A DNA stretch of 63,803 nucleotides, counting the filler, from Cercozoa sp. M6MM (lineage: Eukaryota > Protista > Endomyxa: Ascetosporea): NCBI GenBank assembly GCA_040357565.1. It is 7 parts of 7 records of this genome, joined end to end, with 100 filler letters (N's around TTAATTAATTAA, not from the genome) between each part and the next. Parts side by side here need not be neighbours in the genome. Positions count along the whole stretch, not along the records: positions 52,537 to 60,644 come from JBDODJ010000566.1; positions 60,745 to 62,313 come from JBDODJ010001992.1; positions 62,414 to 63,803 come from JBDODJ010002046.1; 4 more parts are not named here. The stretch is one strand, 5' to 3'. The notes beneath the pieces are model-generated. The model had not been told where the DNA came from. It ran no database searches and saw only the letters and a list, made by a program, of their open reading frames with translations. Below are positions 59,241 to 63,803 of the stretch, in pieces. The position numbers and the translations under genes are program-made. Position 1 is the first letter of the stretch. Each line of letters starts with the position of its first letter.

Positions 59241-59816
59241 ACAGAGCGATCAGTAACACACCGAGGAGATGACAGTGCGCACGAACTGACCATCAATAAT
59301 CAAAACCATAGCCATCGTGACAGAAGTTCAAAAAGCACAGAAGAAAGTACTCGAGTTGTCGTTCTCCTTTGCAGCGATTTTCTCTGCCGCCCAGATGCGC
59401 TCGAGTGACTGTTATTACACATCGGCCTTTGTATGTACTCTCTGCAAAGGGGCAAGAGGTCAGGTTACAACGTCTAACTCATCGACGCCGAGCGAAGCTG
59501 CACCGCGCACAAATGCTGCCATGGCATGCACTAGGGCACAGTTAGCATCGCGCGTGATGTACGGTGACAAGAAATCTGCAAAAGCACGAAGTGACTCGGG
59601 TTTTAACTCGGGGGGGGGGGGGTACTCTCACTTTCGACGAATCGGTTTGTCAGCAAGAGTTTTTGTCCTTCAAAGGCCTATTTGGAACCTCCGCTAATTT
59701 GCCAAACAGGAACAACCAAAAGAAACAAAACTGACCACTTGACGAAAATTGTCAGTTTCCCTAGCTGCCCAAGAGGCATCGCTCTCCGTGCTTTTGTTTG
59801 AACGCCAGAATGGCAT
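56432..59816 (-). CDS. Large multi-exon hypothetical (helical) protein
   Basis: Series of GT-AG bounded open exons (e.g. LLSVRQWNAVSNLTAQGVATLVRTLNTWLE...), last exon SRVRRLLERERNATGDSDEQSSLESE*. Start uncertain. Confidence 0.5.
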
Positions 59817-60033
59817 TTTGTTACCACCTAGTAACGCACCAGTACTATTAAAGCTGCTAGATACACAGGATAGGGTTACAACAAACAGTTTCTTTGCTTT
59901 TCTGTTCGAGTTTTACTGTTTCGGCTCAATTTGAGGCCTGAGTCGATGCCAGAAACACTGTCGAGTTCTCGTTTTAAGAAGCACTAGAGAGCGCGCGGCA
60001 CGTTATACTACGCTGCATACAGTGTCACGCAGC

Positions 60034-60583
60034 ATGTGAGCTTATTTATACGTGCGATTATGACTATGCCGTGGCGGTCTGATTTGTTGGTGTTTCCAGG
60101 TCGGCGAACGGCGAGAAACTGCGCTTCCGCGGTGCCAGTTTGTTCCGATGGCGCGTGCTCCTGTCAACACTAACTGGTACATTCGAATGAAGTGAAATTC
60201 AGAAAGGGTTGTTTCTGGCACACGTGATTTCACATCTAGGTCGTGACCTGATCATTCGCGACATCCGGTCGCAGCACGATCATCCAGGTCTGCACGCTCA
60301 TGAGGCTGCGTTCCTGCGACTGATCTCACAGGTTACCAACGGCGGCGACTTTCGCCTGTCGGACACGACGTTCAAGTACCGTCCCGGCACCGTGCGTGGC
60401 GGCAGGTGCGGTGTGCGTGACTGTGGTACCAAATGCCTGCCCTTGTTCTCCCCACCCTTCCCTTCACCCCGACGGTGCTTCCAGGTGGCAGCCGTGCCTT
60501 GGGCTACTTTTTGGAGCCACTGATCATTCTGGCGTTGTTTTCGAAGCGACCGATCGTTGTATGACGCAACTGTTACTGTCCAC

Positions 60584-60644
<61 letters not shown>
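60034..60644 (+). CDS. RCL1: RNA 3'-terminal phosphate cyclase-like protein (3'-truncated)
   Basis: LRFRGASLFRWRVLLSTLT|GRDLIIRDIRSQHDHPGLHAHEAAFLRLISQVTNG...YRPG...DC|GGSRALGYFLEPLIILALFSKRP. Confidence 0.9.
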
Positions 60645-60744
60645 NNNNNNNNNNNNNNNNNNNNNNNNNNNNNNNNNNNNNNNNNNNNTTAATTAATTAA
60701 NNNNNNNNNNNNNNNNNNNNNNNNNNNNNNNNNNNNNNNNNNNN

Positions 60745-62313
60745 CTCAGTGCCGGCAGTGTCCAAGTCGCCGCCTCCCTCGACCACCTCGACATCCATCG
60801 TGGCCGCACGCAGCACGATCGGCGCCATGCTCGGCAACTGGGTGAGAGGGATAGGGAGGGGGTAAAGGGTGAGGGGGTAAACATACGAACTTGGCGCACT
60901 CGGTGCCAAGCACCGTCGCACAACGCGACCAGGCACCTGCACATGGGAGTAAGGGGGATAGAAGGTAGAGGTAAGGGGTAAGGGGCAGGGGGTAAAGGGG
61001 AGGGGCCAACCCAATATGTAGGAGAAGAGCGGGTGCTCGGACGGGTGGCCCACACGCAGACCGTCGTCAAGCTGGCACTCGCGACTGGTGCCGATGGCAT
61101 CGATCGCCTGCATCAGCGGCAGTGTCGCCAGCACGAACTGCTGCGTCTGCTGCTGCACCTGCTCCTGCAAGGGGGGGGGGGTAGGTAAGGAGGCATGGGA
61201 GGCAAGGTAAAGAGGTACCTTGGGCAGTCCGCGCATCACCATGGTGAGACATTCGCACACACGCGCGAACGTCTCCAACTCGCGCACGCTGCGACTGATC
61301 TGGAAGCAGGGGGTAAAGAGGGGTAGGGCGTGGGGTAGGGGTAGGGGGGGTAGGGGATAGGGGTAAACTAAGGAGTATCGGGGCAGGGGGTCAAGGGGTT
61401 AAAGCGGGTATAGCTCGGCACCGCCGTGGCAGGCGGCCCGGCGCAGAAGTCGCTGGCGAACTGAGCACACGTCTGCAGCAGCTGCGGAATCACCGGCGAC
61501 ACTGCCGGATGCTCTAGTGCACCTACAGACACACACACACACACACACATACATATACACACACATACATAATCATACCCCCCCGGTTACCCTCAAAGTC
61601 GGCGAGAGCAGCAAACGCCGCCAGCGAATTCTGCAGCACAAAGGCGTTGCCTGTCGACACACAAGGGGGATAGGAGTTAGAAAGTTACAAGGGGTTACAG
61701 GGGTAGGGAATAAAGGGGTAAACCCGAGGACACGCCAAACTGCACCGACTGCATCAGCGCCGGCGACAACGACGGCAACTGCGCCGACAGCACCGCGAAC
61801 GGCACACTGGGGGGAGGGGTAAGGGTGAGGGGAGGGGTATAGAGCAACCAACTTGGTCTCGTCGACAAAGTTCATTACACATGTAGCTGCATGTGCCTAC
61901 GGGGGGGGGGGGGGTAAGGGTAAGGGGGCAGGGGGGCAAAAGGGGGTAAAGGGAGGGGGTAAGACGAACCACAACACGCGGATTCTCCTGGTCTTGCAAC
62001 AGCTTGCAGATGCCCGCAAATATCTAACCAAGAGGGAGGGATAAAGGGGGAGTAAGGGGTACAATGGGCTACCTGAGGCAGGCCCTGCGCGGCCATGTGA
62101 CCCAAGTGCTCGGGTGCCGCCAGTGCACAACAGTGCAGACACGCGTACCGCACGCGCGGCTCTGTCCAAACACAAACACACGAGTCATACCCCTTCCTAC
62201 CCCTTCTTGCCCCCCTATATAACTGTATACCTGGGTCGTTAAAGCACGGCAGAACGGCGTCACACAACAACTTCACGCAGTCGTCTGTCACACACATGGG
62301 GTAAGAGGGGGGG
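60745..62313 (-). CDS. IPO5: Importin-5-like karyopherin, internal fragment
   Basis: VLPCFNDP|EPRVRYACLHC and LLQDQENPRV|AHAATCVMNFVDE match the IPO5/Pse1 HEAT motifs DPHPRVRYA and NxRVQAHAAAALINF. Confidence 0.72.
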
Positions 62314-62423
62314 NNNNNNNNNNNNNNNNNNNNNNNNNNNNNNNNNNNNNNNNNNNNTTAATTAATTAANNNNNNNNNNNNNNNNNNNNNNNNNNNNNNN
62401 NNNNNNNNNNNNNCTGTCGGCAG

Positions 62424-63803
62424 AGGTGGACACGCGCTGCTGGAGATGCCGACGGGCACCGGCAAGACGGTGACGCTGCTGGCGTTTCTGGTGGCCTACA
62501 CCGAGCAGTACCGTCGACAAGAGAGAGTGGAAATGATGCATGAGAAACGCACCGTCGTGTACTGCACTCGCACCGTGCAGGAGATCGATCAGGTCGTTCA
62601 GGAACTCTCGCATGTGCAGGCTATGCGGCAGTCCAAGTAGGCGCTGCTTTACCCCCTACCCCCTCCTACCCCCTACCTCCTTACCCCTTACCCACCCCCC
62701 TTAGACGCGGGTACCCCCCAATATCCCCCCCCCCCCCCCCCCCGAGAACAGGGGACGAAACGAGCGTTTCCTCGGCGTGTGTTTGTCGACGCGCGCGAAT
62801 TTATGCATCAATCCCGAAGTCAACAAGGAACGGCCCGACAAACAGAAGGTGGCCTTTTTGTCTGCCTTCTCTATTCTCTTACCCCCTCTATCCACCTTAC
62901 CCCCGTCTTTCCCATCCCCTGTTTACCCTTGTTTACCCCTCTCATTCTCCTTGCCTCTTCGCAGGTCGACGCGTTGTGCCGCGCCAGAACGGCGCCGTGG
63001 GTGCGACAACAGCGATCGGTACAGACAACAACTAGAAACAACAACAAAAACAACAACAAACAACAACAAACAACAACAAACAACATCACAAAATTGTAAA
63101 TTAAACAGGACGGCGAGGATGTGCCGTTTTGCGAGTTTTACGAAAACATGGACAAGGTAGTATTTTCGTGTGGTCCATTTGGACGTGGGTACGGTTGTAA
63201 GTGAGTTCATGTGTACTTGGGGTACATCTGTACATTATTTCACGTGTACGGGACAGGTGGACGCACTGTGTACCTCGCTGAATGGCGTGTTCTCGCTCGA
63301 GGCCATCGTCGACGTCGGCAAGCGCGAGGGCGTGTGTCCCTACTTTCTCGCACGTCGTCTGTTGGCCCATGTATATCTCCCTGCTTACCCCCTTATACTC
63401 CCTTATACTCTTTTATCCCCTGTTTCCTCCAGGCCGACTTGATAATCTACAACTACCAGTATTTGTTGAACCCGCGGATTGCGTCGCTTGTGTCGGTCGC
63501 TTCGTTTGCTTCTTCCACTTCCTTTTGACCTTTTACCCCTCCCGTATACAGTCCGAGTTGAGGGACAACAGCATTGTTGTGTTTGACGAAGCGCACAATA
63601 TCGACAACATTTGTATTGAGGTATTCTTTTAGTCGAAGGTACTTTTTGTGTTTTTTATATCTGTGTGGCGTTTCTTCAGGCCATGAGTGTTCGTATCAAT
63701 CGACGCGTGATTCGCAGTGCTTCCGCGCAGATCGAGGTTGCCATTCGCTTTTGCTTTTTTGCTTTCGCTTTTGCTTTTTGCTTTTGCTTTTTCTTTTTTT
63801 TTT
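62424..63803 (+). CDS. ERCC2: XPD/Rad3 DNA helicase (TFIIH), partial
   Basis: GHALLEMPTGTGKTVTLL, VYCTRTVQEI, LSTRANLCINPEV, VDALCRARTAPWVR, CEFYE, CPYFLARR, IYNYQYLLNPRIA, VVFDEAHNIDNICIE. Confidence 0.95.

Overview
Gene-dense, intron-rich eukaryotic (protist-like) DNA. It is assembled from seven pieces joined by an artificial N44-TTAATTAATTAA-N44 spacer, with four 10-N gaps inside pieces. Genes recognisable after manual splicing: cytoplasmic dynein-1 heavy chain (39 complete introns visible), a switch-degenerate kinesin-like protein, DOHH, MEMO1, a Nup98-like GLEBS fragment, eIF3F, dyskerin/Cbf5, nuclear-encoded mitochondrial uS7m, an Angel/CCR4-type EEP enzyme with an inserted Mut7-C domain, acylphosphatase, ARF1, a Rab18-like GTPase, a RING-H2 membrane ligase, RCL1, an importin-5-like fragment and XPD, plus several hypothetical genes. 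The standard genetic code is sufficient. Most notable: (i) the EEP::Mut7-C nested nuclease architecture; (ii) introns filled with strand-polarised telomere-like (C3-4TA)n and intron-private minisatellites; (iii) 5' splice sites in dynein that lack the usual +4A/+5G; (iv) an intronic C/D snoRNA with an 18S guide, and a possible H/ACA RNA, inside dyskerin; (v) unexplained structured elements mostly between convergent genes: a TTCTAGAA palindrome array, a ~21-bp degenerate array, a long inverted repeat, and an ~85-110-bp element present twice. All exon boundaries were inferred by eye and no database searches were run.
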